Shown here: positions 1 to 7,824 of the stretch, piece by piece
How positions within the stretch are numbered: the first letter of the stretch is position 1
Layout: the number at the start of each line of letters is the position of its first letter
Assembly (NCBI GenBank): GCA_963763085.1
Contig: CAVXNB010000003.1
Span: forward strand, 469,232 to 533,231
Direction of reading: 5' to 3'
Source: an uncultured Acidimicrobiaceae bacterium
Lineage (GTDB): Bacteria > Actinomycetota > Acidimicrobiia > Acidimicrobiales > Bog-793
DNA length: 64,000 nt
Notes under the pieces: generated by a model
The model's database searches: none
Told to the model about the DNA's origin: nothing
Seen by the model: the letters and a program-made list of their open reading frames with translations, nothing else
Translations under genes and position numbers: made by a program

Positions 1-2
1 GC

Positions 3-351
3 GTGCTCGGCGCCGGCGAGAACGACACGACCTACACGCGGGCCTTCGACGTAGCGCTCGGCAATCCCTGGCCGGCCGAGTTCGGCGAACGGGTGCTGAA
101 GAACAGATTCTCCGAGGAGTGGACGGGCAGAGAAGACGAGCTGCCGGGTGATCCGAGCGCGCGCCGTCGACTCGCCGGCGGCGCGCACCGCCGAGGACTT
201 TGACGTGGCGGATATCAACGCCGGCCAGGGCGTCGGGCTCGTTCGGCAGGAGACCTCGGCTGCAGACGTTGTCGAGGAACTGGCGCGCGGGGCCGCAGCC
301 CTTCTCTCGCGTTGGGGCTCCTCGGCCGAGCCGGGCACCGGCGCGACCTGA
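3..351 (+). CDS. 3' end of an unidentified gene entering from the left edge (partial, frame unclear)
   Basis: Two overlapping plus-strand frames (3..203 and 148..351) both give protein-like, non-Arg-rich sequence (..TYTRAFDVALGNPWPAEFGERVLKNRF.. then ..AEDFDVADINAGQGVGLVRQETSAADVVEELARGAAALL..). I cannot name the family. The frame change near 150-200 resembles the other frame breaks in this window. Confidence 0.25.
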
Positions 352-357
352 GCCCCG

Positions 358-1299
358 CTACTCCAGAGGGGACTCCACAGGCTGGCGATGTCTTGTTGCG
401 ACGATCGCGATGGCCGCGAGGCCTACGAGGCCGCCGGCCACCTGTATGGCAGTCAGAGGCTGTCCGAGGATGGCCGCTGCAGCAACGGCGGCGACGACCG
501 GATTGCTCGAACCAATCACCGACGAGACCGACGCGTCCACGTAACGGTGGACCCAATTCATCAACAGGTGAGCTGTCCCCGGCACCACCGCGAGCAGGCC
601 GATCCAGAGCCAGTCGCCGCTTTCCACCTGACCTAGCGACTGTCGGGACAGCGGAACGATCACGGTCAGCATCAGCGCCGCCACGATCGTCACCCCGGCC
701 GTGTACTCCAACGCGTTCTGCTCCGCCCGGGCGTGCTTGGACACCAGCCAGTAGGCGGACCAGGAAAAGAGCGCGCCGACCGCCAGAAGGTCACCGAGAA
801 GCTCGTCGCGGCTCGTCACACCGGGTCCCACGACCGCGGCGGCAACTCCCCCCATCGCGACCACGATCCAGAAGACGTCCCAGCGCCCCATTCGCTCGCC
901 GAACAGCCGTCGCGCGGCGATCAATACGATTGCCGGCTGGACGGCGCTGATGACGGTCGCATTGACCACGCTGGTGAGCTTGACGGCGCTGAAGAACATG
1001 GCCATGTCCCCGCCGAGAAATAGACCGCCTAACCACGAGCTCCGTAACGTCCCCCACGTGAGCCGGCGGCCCGAGACGTATACGAGTGCGACGAGCAGAA
1101 CCGCGCCGAGCCACAACCGGTAGAAGGTCAGCACGAGGCCGGGAGCAGAGGCGAGCGTCGCGAATATCGCCCCGAAGCCCCACCCGATAGCCGCAAGAAC
1201 CGATCCCCCGAGACCGATCGCCCGACGACCTGAGTCGGTGAGGCGGGCTGCCGAGGCGGACATTTCACGGGAGCGTATCGGGGCGCCGTCGGACGACAC
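358..1299 (-). CDS. EamA/DMT-family membrane transporter
   Basis: 313-aa ORF that is almost entirely hydrophobic helices (about 10). It has the two-half architecture and Gly/Ala/Leu-rich composition typical of drug/metabolite transporter (EamA) proteins. Confidence 0.75.
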   Translation of the reverse strand: MSSDGAPIRSREMSASAARLTDSGRRAIGLGGSVLAAIGWGFGAIFATLASAPGLVLTFYRLWLGAVLLVALVYVSGRRLTWGTLRSSWLGGLFLGGDMAMFFSAVKLTSVVNATVISAVQPAIVLIAARRLFGERMGRWDVFWIVVAMGGVAAAVVGPGVTSRDELLGDLLAVGALFSWSAYWLVSKHARAEQNALEYTAGVTIVAALMLTVIVPLSRQSLGQVESGDWLWIGLLAVVPGTAHLLMNWVHRYVDASVSSVIGSSNPVVAAVAAAAILGQPLTAIQVAGGLVGLAAIAIVATRHRQPVESPLE

Positions 1300-1376
1300 A
1301 CCGACGGGGTGCGAGGTCGCCTCGGACCCCCGGCCGGAGGCGGAGAGCGCGTCAGGTCACGTATAGTCTCGCCGCC

Positions 1377-1652
1377 GTGAACCGGGAGCGGCGCCGGGTG
1401 ATCGTCATCGGTCGTGTCCAGAATGTCTGGTTCCGCGACACCTGCCGGACCGAAGCACTGGCGCGCGACGTGGCCGGCTGGGTGCGGAACTGTCCAGATG
1501 GCAGCGTCGAGGCCATCTTCGAAGGACTCACGGAGGCCGTCGAGGAGATGGTCTCGTGGTGTCGCGTCGGCCCGCCGAGGGCCCGGGTCGCCAACGTGCA
1601 GGTGAGCGAGGAACCGGTGCTGGGCGAGGTCGGTTTCGTTGTGCGGCCGTAG
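1377..1652 (+). CDS. acyP: acylphosphatase
   Basis: 91-aa ORF with the acylphosphatase N-terminal signature (VIGRVQNVWFRD, matching V.G.VQGV.FR) and the GWVRN..DGSVE motif. Confidence 0.85.
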   Translation: MNRERRRVIVIGRVQNVWFRDTCRTEALARDVAGWVRNCPDGSVEAIFEGLTEAVEEMVSWCRVGPPRARVANVQVSEEPVLGEVGFVVRP

Positions 1653-1661
1653 GATGGCGGT

Positions 1662-1952
1662 GTGCGGGTCATCGCGTCCGACGAGGTGCGGTCATTTGTG
1701 GACGCGAACGGAGGCGTGCTGTACGTGAGGCCGCACCGCCGGCAGTGTTGCTCGGGATCTTTAACCGTCCTCGATGCCTCCACGCGAACACCCGCCGACG
1801 TCTCCGCCTACCGCCGCGTCGGCTCGGGCGATCTCGCGGTGCGGTACAGGACTGGCGGAAGCACCGAGCCCGATGAGCTCGTCGTGGAGCTCAAGGGCGT
1901 TCGTCGCAAGCGCCCGGTTGCCTATTGGAACGGGTGCGCCTTCAAGATCTGA
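1662..1952 (+). CDS. small conserved hypothetical protein with a CC motif
   Basis: 96-aa ORF starting 10 nt after acyP. Composition is protein-like (..GGVLYVRPHRRQCCSGSLTVLDAS..ELKGVRRKRPVAYWNGCAFKI). No family recognised with certainty. Confidence 0.5.
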   Translation: MRVIASDEVRSFVDANGGVLYVRPHRRQCCSGSLTVLDASTRTPADVSAYRRVGSGDLAVRYRTGGSTEPDELVVELKGVRRKRPVAYWNGCAFKI

Positions 1953-2006
1953 GTGCGCGGCGTGCCCGGCTTGCCCGGCTCGCCCGGCGGTCAGCCACAA
2001 AAGCTC

Positions 2007-2510
2007 TCAGGAGTTGGCCGGACGACGAGCCCAGATGTCCTCGCACTCGGCGCACACTTCTGGCGGTACGAGGTTGAGCCTCATGCCGACTGCGAAGATC
2101 TTGCAGCCGACGCACAACCCGAAGACCGCTTCGAGAAACGCAAACACCGAGAGCAGTGCCAGGAGTCCATAGGCCGCGCCAGAGCTCCCGAAGCCGAAGT
2201 AGCAGACGGTGCCTGCCAAGGTGACGACTGCACCGATGGACTGGGCGAAGCGTTTCGGTGGACCAGGAACCGGCCGCATCGGCAAGCCGAACCTTGGGAC
2301 GATGACCCGCGTGACCAGCAGCGCGAGCGGGCTGAGACGCGGTCCAGCGACGACCCTGGCCACAAAGCCGTACGCCAGAACGGCGACGAGCCAAGGTTGG
2401 CGAAACGCGAGCGCTCCACCCGCGATCAGCAGGATGCCTCCGGCGGTGATCCTCGTCGCGACATCGTTGACCGGGTTCGGAAAGCTGAAGAACTTCGCCG
2501 ATGTGGACAT
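2007..2510 (-). CDS. DUF4395-like small membrane protein
   Basis: 167-aa ORF with about four hydrophobic segments and a C-terminal LCVGCK...CAEC cysteine pattern that I recall as typical of DUF4395 proteins. Confidence 0.6.
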   Translation of the reverse strand: MSTSAKFFSFPNPVNDVATRITAGGILLIAGGALAFRQPWLVAVLAYGFVARVVAGPRLSPLALLVTRVIVPRFGLPMRPVPGPPKRFAQSIGAVVTLAGTVCYFGFGSSGAAYGLLALLSVFAFLEAVFGLCVGCKIFAVGMRLNLVPPEVCAECEDIWARRPANS

Positions 2511-2598
2511 TTTCTCGATCTTAACTATCGTTTCAGGAGATAATGCCGTCGTACGCCAGCGTCGGGTTGATTTGTCGCTTGAGGCGCGCCGTCGGGTT

Positions 2599-2685
2599 AT
2601 TCAAAAATTCTGCTGAACTTGCCTCCGCGAAAGATTGCGACCGGTCGCAATCTCGATTGGAGGCAAGTTGAACAGTTTTTTCGAC
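2599..2685. repeat. nested-palindrome AT-rich intergenic element, copy 1
   Basis: Outer arms AACTTGCCTCC (2616-2626) and GGAGGCAAGTT (2659-2669) enclose a perfect 20-bp palindrome GATTGCGACCGGTCGCAATC (2633-2652). Flanks are A/T-rich (TTCAAAAATTCT on the left, GTTTTTTCGA on the right). Near-identical copies are at 51993-52078 and 30556-30630. Confidence 0.85.
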
Positions 2686-2775
2686 ATAGCCCGGCAGGCC
2701 CGTGGGCGTAGACGGGCCTAGCCGGCGACGTAGGCGGGCCGGCGTCGTCGGCCGGACACACGGCCGGCCCGGAGC

Positions 2776-3861
2776 TCAGCCGGTGAATCTCTCGACGGCC
2801 GCGACGAAAGCCGGCTCGTCCTGCAGAATCGCTCCATAGCCCGAATTCGCGAGTGTTAGCAGCCTCGCGTGACGCAGCTCCCCCTCGAGCAGCGGCGCGT
2901 TGCCGGGAGGGAAGACGAGGTCGTCGCTACCCGAGACGACCAGCACGGGGATCGTCACCCGGGAGAGTTCCGGCGTCAGAGGCGAGGCCCTCCAGAAGGC
3001 CGCTTGGAGTCTGGCCTCCGCGGTGATGGCGCCGGCGGTCAGCCAGTCGGGTGCCGCCAAGAGGCTGTTCACCCATAGGCCGCGCTCGAGCAACCCGGCG
3101 CTGGTTCTCGGAAAGAGAAGCCTCGCCAAGGCCACCGGCGTCGCACCGGGTAAGGCCATGAGGCGTGCAACGCTTCTCGAGGGCTGGGGCGCCGCCGCAC
3201 CTCCTGCAGAAGTGTCGACGAGAACCAACGACGAAGCCAAGCCGGGATGGCGCTCGGCGAGGGACAACGCGATCTCGCCGCCGAGTCCCCAACCGAGCAC
3301 GACCGGGTGAGAGAGCCCGGCTGCGAGAGCGAAGCCGGCCGTCATGTCGGCCAGCCATCCCAAGGAAAAGGAGGCGGTCGCGGCGCCCGAGTAGCCCACA
3401 CCGGGGAGGTCGAAAACTGTCACGCGATAGTGGCGCGACAGGTCCGTCAGCAACGCGGAGTCCCACCACGACAGAGACCCGTCCTGGCCGGCGATGAGGA
3501 GGAGATCCGGACCGCTCCCGAGACTTCGAAAGGCAATGGGGACCATCTTCAGCCAGGCCGGGCTGGCAGGCGAAACGGGCGCTGCTACGGTCGCACCGGG
3601 TGCCAGGGGGGCAACCCGCACCCGGGCGATGGACGACCCGCCCCCGTCCACCGGTACCGGCAGCGTCGTCGTCGTGGAGGTCGTGCTCGAGGTCGTGGTG
3701 GAGCTCGAGGTCGTGGACGACGTCGCAACCAGAGTCGTCGGGACACCCCCTTTCCCGGCCCCTGTCGTGCTGCAAGCCGCGAGCGCCAAGGCGCCGGCCA
3801 CGGCGAGCGCCAAGGCGCCGGCCACGGCGAGCGCCAACCGGGCCGCCCGATGGCCGTCCAT
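2776..3861 (-). CDS. lipoprotein with alpha/beta-hydrolase fold, apparently lacking the catalytic Ser and His
   Basis: The most plausible start is the internal ATG at 3861 (MDGHRAARLALAVAG..). It overlaps the upstream gene's TGA by 1 nt. Features: signal peptide with lipobox LAAC, a Ser/Thr-rich linker, then an alpha/beta-hydrolase core (..VTVFDLPGVGYSG..). The nucleophile-elbow position reads GWGLGG instead of GHSMGG, and the His position reads SGYG. Confidence 0.75.
   Translation of the reverse strand: MDGHRAARLALAVAGALALAVAGALALAACSTTGAGKGGVPTTLVATSSTTSSSTTTSSTTSTTTTLPVPVDGGGSSIARVRVAPLAPGATVAAPVSPASPAWLKMVPIAFRSLGSGPDLLLIAGQDGSLSWWDSALLTDLSRHYRVTVFDLPGVGYSGAATASFSLGWLADMTAGFALAAGLSHPVVLGWGLGGEIALSLAERHPGLASSLVLVDTSAGGAAAPQPSRSVARLMALPGATPVALARLLFPRTSAGLLERGLWVNSLLAAPDWLTAGAITAEARLQAAFWRASPLTPELSRVTIPVLVVSGSDDLVFPPGNAPLLEGELRHARLLTLANSGYGAILQDEPAFVAAVERFTG
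3779..3838. repeat. 24-bp tandem duplication (about 2.5 copies) inside the lipoprotein signal peptide
   Basis: GCGAGCGCCAAGGCGCCGGCCACG is repeated head to tail. It encodes the duplicated ALAVAGAL segment on the minus strand. Confidence 0.9.
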
Positions 3862-4988
3862 CAAGGAGAGCTTTTCGGCGAGCGGTCGAGCCGTCTTCCG
3901 GCTTTTCGTTTCGGAATGGGAACGGTCGAGGCGATCTCGGCCGCGTCTCGCCACCGGATCCGTGCCAACCGTTTCGCTGACACGAATCCGTTGTCCGCGT
4001 ACCAGTGCGCCGAGCGGAGAATCGCCTCGACCGCCGGCCGCGAGCGGTATCCGAGCTCGTCCCTGGCGCGGGCGTCGTCGAAGATCATGCGGGTCGTGGC
4101 CATGCGTGCACCTTCGAGCGGAACTGTCGGCTCCCGGTGCAGGAGGCGCCCCTCGACGAAGTGCGAGCCGAGCGCGGCGGCGAGCGCGGCCCGGCGAGGA
4201 ACCTTGATCGCGGCACGTGGCAGACCGGTTGCCGCGGCGAGAACATCCAGGATCTCACGCAGCTCGAGGTTCTCACCCCCGAGCACGTAGCTGCGGCCTT
4301 GGCGTCCCCGCTCGGCGGCGAGCAGGTGGCCGGCGGCGACGTCATCCACGTCGACGACGTTCAGCGCCGTGTCGAGCCACCCCGGGATGCGCCCGTTCAG
4401 GAAGTCGAGCACCGTCTTGCCTGTCGGCGTGGGCGCCCGGTCGCCCGGACCGAGCGGCAACGTCGGCTGCACGAGGACCGCCGGCAGTCCCTGCGCCGCT
4501 GCACGTAGGACCTCGTGCTCGGCGACGTACTTGGACTGCTTGTAGAGCCCGAAGAGATGGTCGATCCGCGCCCAGTCGGTCTCGTCCGCCGGGTGGCCCT
4601 GCTCGGTCCCGTCCAGGCCGATCGTGCCGACCGTGCTCGTGTAGACGAGTCTCTCGACGCCTGCGGTCATCGCCGCGTCGACCACGTTCAGGCTCCCGCC
4701 GACGTTTACTTCGTAGAATTCCTCCGGGTCTCGGGCCCAGAACCGGTAGAGCGCGGCGACATGGAAGACCAGGCGGCATCCCTTGGTCGCGGCCAGCACG
4801 GCAGAACCGTCACGCAGATCAGCCTCGACGCGCTCGACCTCGAGGTCATCCACACCCGTGTGCGCGACACCGGGCTGGAGGAGAGCCACGACCTCGGCAC
4901 CGCGCGCCAGCAAGGCCCGGGTGACCGCTGAGCCGATGAACCCACTTGCCCCTGTGACGAGTACCCGGTCTCCCGGCTCGATCAGCAT
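3861..4988 (-). CDS. NAD-dependent epimerase/dehydratase (extended SDR, HpnA-like or dihydroflavonol-reductase-like)
   Basis: N-terminal Rossmann motif VLVTGASGFIGSAV, a YxxxK motif (YKQSKYVAE), and overall resemblance to the hopanoid-associated sugar epimerase family as I recall it. Confidence 0.8.
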   Translation of the reverse strand: MLIEPGDRVLVTGASGFIGSAVTRALLARGAEVVALLQPGVAHTGVDDLEVERVEADLRDGSAVLAATKGCRLVFHVAALYRFWARDPEEFYEVNVGGSLNVVDAAMTAGVERLVYTSTVGTIGLDGTEQGHPADETDWARIDHLFGLYKQSKYVAEHEVLRAAAQGLPAVLVQPTLPLGPGDRAPTPTGKTVLDFLNGRIPGWLDTALNVVDVDDVAAGHLLAAERGRQGRSYVLGGENLELREILDVLAAATGLPRAAIKVPRRAALAAALGSHFVEGRLLHREPTVPLEGARMATTRMIFDDARARDELGYRSRPAVEAILRSAHWYADNGFVSAKRLARIRWRDAAEIASTVPIPKRKAGRRLDRSPKSSP

Positions 4989-5028
4989 CGTCGGGTCCGG
5001 GTCGCCGGCGCCGGCCGGGCAGCGAGAG

Positions 5029-6417
5029 TCAGGACGGCTCCCGGCGCAGAGCGCTCTTGGCGAGCGTCTTGCCGAACTCGAACAACAAGGCGGAATTGCG
5101 GTGCGCGTCCGCGAGCACGTCGTCGAGCGCTCCGACGAAGTAGTCGACCTCTTCCTGGCCGGCGATGAGCGGGGGGAGGAGCTTGACGACGTTCATGTTG
5201 TCGCCGGCGACCTGGGTCAGGATCCGGTGCCTGTGAAACAGCGGCCCCACGATCAGCTGGGAGAAGAGGCCCTTCCTGGCGCCTTCCATCATCTTCCACC
5301 GCGACTTCAATCGAAGCGAGCTCGGCTCACCGAACACGAGGCCGATCATGAGGCCTTTGCCGCGCGCTTCCTGGAAGAGCTCGTAACGCTCGAGCAACGG
5401 GGCGAGGCCCTTCATGAAGGCCTCGCCGGTCACATTTGCACGATCGACGATGTCCTCGTCGTCGATCGTCTGCAACGTGGCGAGCGCCGCAACCATCGCC
5501 AGTTGATTCCGCCCGAACGTCGAGGAATGGACTACGGCTCGCTCCATCTTCGTGTAGACACGGTCGAAGATCTCGGCCGAACACAGCATCGCCCCGACGG
5601 GGACGTAGCCGCCCGACAAGGCTTTCGAGACGGTGATGATGTCGGGACGCAAGCCGTAGTGCTCGTGCGCCCACATCTTGCCGGTGCGGCCGAGGCCCGT
5701 CTGGACCTCGTCGACTACGAGCAGGGTCCCGTGCGCCCGGCACAGCTCGGCAGCTGCCGCCCAGTAGTCCTCCGAGGCGAGATTCACGCCCTTTCCCTGG
5801 ATGATCTCGATGACGAACGCGGCCACGTCCCCACGGCGCAGCTCGCGATCGAGCGGCTCGATCTCCCCGAAGGGCACCTCGTGGCATCCGGGCAGCAACG
5901 GGCCGAACCCTTCCCGGAATTCCTTCCCGCCGTTGAGGGAGAGCGCCCCGTAGCTGAGACCATGGAACGCGTGATCCGCGTGGAGGATCCGGTGCCGCTT
6001 CGTGGAGTATCTCGAGAACTTGATCGCGGCCTCCACGGCCTCCGCTCCGGAATTACACAGGAAACAGCGCCTGATGCCCTCATGCGTCCTCCCCACCAAG
6101 GCCTCCGCCAGCAAGCCGGGCAGCAGCGCCGCGTCCAGTTGCACGAGGTTCGGGAGGTCCAACTCGAGCGCGTCGTGCAAGGCCTTCTTAACCACGGGAT
6201 GGCTACGCCCGAGCGCGAAGACGCCGAAGCCGGACAAGAGGTCGAGATAGCGCTCGCCGCTGCGGTCGTACAGGTACGAGCCTTCGCCGCGCACGTAGAA
6301 ACGGTCGAATCCGAGCGTCTTCAACACCTTCACGAGTTGAGGGTTGAGGTACTCGTTGTGAAGGCGGAAATTCTCCCCTTGGCGGGCCTCGATCAACGAG
6401 CCGAGCTCGAAGGTCAT
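5029..6417 (-). CDS. class III (ornithine/acetylornithine/putrescine-type) PLP aminotransferase
   Basis: Start chosen at ATG 6417 (MTFELGS..), preceded by GAGGAGAG. The upstream part of the 578-aa ORF is Arg-rich junk. Motifs CNSGAEAVEAAIK, LVVDEVQTGLGRTG and ITVSKALSGG (PLP lysine). Confidence 0.85.
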   Translation of the reverse strand: MTFELGSLIEARQGENFRLHNEYLNPQLVKVLKTLGFDRFYVRGEGSYLYDRSGERYLDLLSGFGVFALGRSHPVVKKALHDALELDLPNLVQLDAALLPGLLAEALVGRTHEGIRRCFLCNSGAEAVEAAIKFSRYSTKRHRILHADHAFHGLSYGALSLNGGKEFREGFGPLLPGCHEVPFGEIEPLDRELRRGDVAAFVIEIIQGKGVNLASEDYWAAAAELCRAHGTLLVVDEVQTGLGRTGKMWAHEHYGLRPDIITVSKALSGGYVPVGAMLCSAEIFDRVYTKMERAVVHSSTFGRNQLAMVAALATLQTIDDEDIVDRANVTGEAFMKGLAPLLERYELFQEARGKGLMIGLVFGEPSSLRLKSRWKMMEGARKGLFSQLIVGPLFHRHRILTQVAGDNMNVVKLLPPLIAGQEEVDYFVGALDDVLADAHRNSALLFEFGKTLAKSALRREPS

Positions 6418-6474
6418 CTCCACTCTCCTCAGCTGCCGCGTCTCGCCGCAGCGTAGTGGCGGTACGCTTGAGTC

Positions 6475-7824
6475 ATGGTCGCAAACGACGTCGAAGGCCG
6501 CATCGCGCCTGGTGACGTCCATGAACGGCTCGCGGAGCACATGCTCGTGGACGGCTTTCCTATCGTGCTCGACGTGGCCAAGAGCCACGGATCCTGGTTG
6601 GTGGACGCGAAGGATAGTACCGAGTATCTGGACTTCTACACGTTCTTCGGCTCGTCGCCACTCGGGATGAACCCGGCGGGACTGTCGGACGATCCCGAGA
6701 CGATGGCCGATCTGGCGGAGGTGGCGGCGAACAAGCCGGCGAATTCCGATTTTGCGACGGTCCACCTGGCCGAGTTCGTCAACACGTTCGTGCGTGTCCT
6801 CGGAGATCCGGAGATGCCGTACCTCTTCTTCGTCGAGGGCGGCGCGCTCGCAGTCGAGAATGCGCTCAAGTGCGCCTTCGACTGGAAGTCACGTCAGAAC
6901 GAGGCATCGGGACGCTCGCCCGGGCTGGGGACGCGTGTCCTTCACTTCCGGCACGCGTTCCACGGCAGGAGCGGCTACACGCTCTCGCTGACGAACACGG
7001 ACCCGGTCAAGATCGACCGCTTCCCGAAGTTCGACTGGCCTCGGATCTCGTCGCCCGCCGTCCGATTTCCGCTCGAGGCGCACAGGGCCGAAGTGGAGGC
7101 GGCCGAGAAGGCGGCGCTCGCCGAGGCGGAGACCGCGTTCGAGGCGTTTCCGCACGACATCGCCTGCCTCATCGCCGAGCCCATCCAGTGCGAGGGGGGC
7201 GACCGGCATCTCCGTTCGGAGTTTCTGCTGGCGGCTCAACAGTTGTGCCACCGCCACGATGCGCTCCTCGTTCTCGACGAGGTGCAGACAGGCGCCGGCA
7301 CGACAGGTACGCCGTGGTGCTACCAGCAGCTCGGCCTCGCTCCCGACGTCGTCGCGTTCGGCAAGAAGGTCCAGCTCGGGGGAATCATGGCGGGGCGGCG
7401 GGTGCTCGAGGTCGACGACAACGTGTTGCGCTCACCCGGTCGGATCAACTCGACCTGGGGAGGCAACCTCACCGACATGGTTCGCTCGCGCCGCCTGCTC
7501 CAGCTCGTCGAGCAGACGGGCGCAATTGAGAATGCGGCAAACGTCGGGCGCCACTTGCTCGCAAGGCTGGAGGACATCGCGGCCGACAAGCCTCAGATTG
7601 CCTCCAACGCCCGCGGACGTGGCTTCATTGCTGCCATCGACCTGGCGACGCCTGACATGAGAGACGCCACGCTGACCGCGCTCAGGCGAGACGAGCACGT
7701 GCTGGCTCTCGGCTGCGGCGAGCTCTCCCTCCGGATGCGGCCGGCGCTGTCGATGACGACGGAGGAAGTCGATCTCGGCTGCGATGCCCTGGACCGGGTC
7801 GTCGGACAGCTGGCTTCGGCGTGA
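6475..7824 (+). CDS. lat: L-lysine 6-transaminase (lysine epsilon-aminotransferase)
   Basis: 449-aa class III aminotransferase with the Lat-type N-terminus (..VHERLAEHMLVDGFPIVLDVAKSHGSWLVD..), LVLDEVQTGAGTTG, and the lat-pcd gene pairing. Confidence 0.8.
   Translation: MVANDVEGRIAPGDVHERLAEHMLVDGFPIVLDVAKSHGSWLVDAKDSTEYLDFYTFFGSSPLGMNPAGLSDDPETMADLAEVAANKPANSDFATVHLAEFVNTFVRVLGDPEMPYLFFVEGGALAVENALKCAFDWKSRQNEASGRSPGLGTRVLHFRHAFHGRSGYTLSLTNTDPVKIDRFPKFDWPRISSPAVRFPLEAHRAEVEAAEKAALAEAETAFEAFPHDIACLIAEPIQCEGGDRHLRSEFLLAAQQLCHRHDALLVLDEVQTGAGTTGTPWCYQQLGLAPDVVAFGKKVQLGGIMAGRRVLEVDDNVLRSPGRINSTWGGNLTDMVRSRRLLQLVEQTGAIENAANVGRHLLARLEDIAADKPQIASNARGRGFIAAIDLATPDMRDATLTALRRDEHVLALGCGELSLRMRPALSMTTEEVDLGCDALDRVVGQLASA

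Noticed and set aside
2659-2730. Mini-ORF launched from the element's GGAGG arm (GGAGGCAAG-TTG...), seen in copies 1 and 3 with similar first residues (LNSFF.. and LNAFS..)
   Set aside because: The similarity is explained by conservation of the DNA flank itself. The downstream lengths and stops differ completely (17 codons versus about 47 codons running antisense into ndk). Copy 2 lacks the start.
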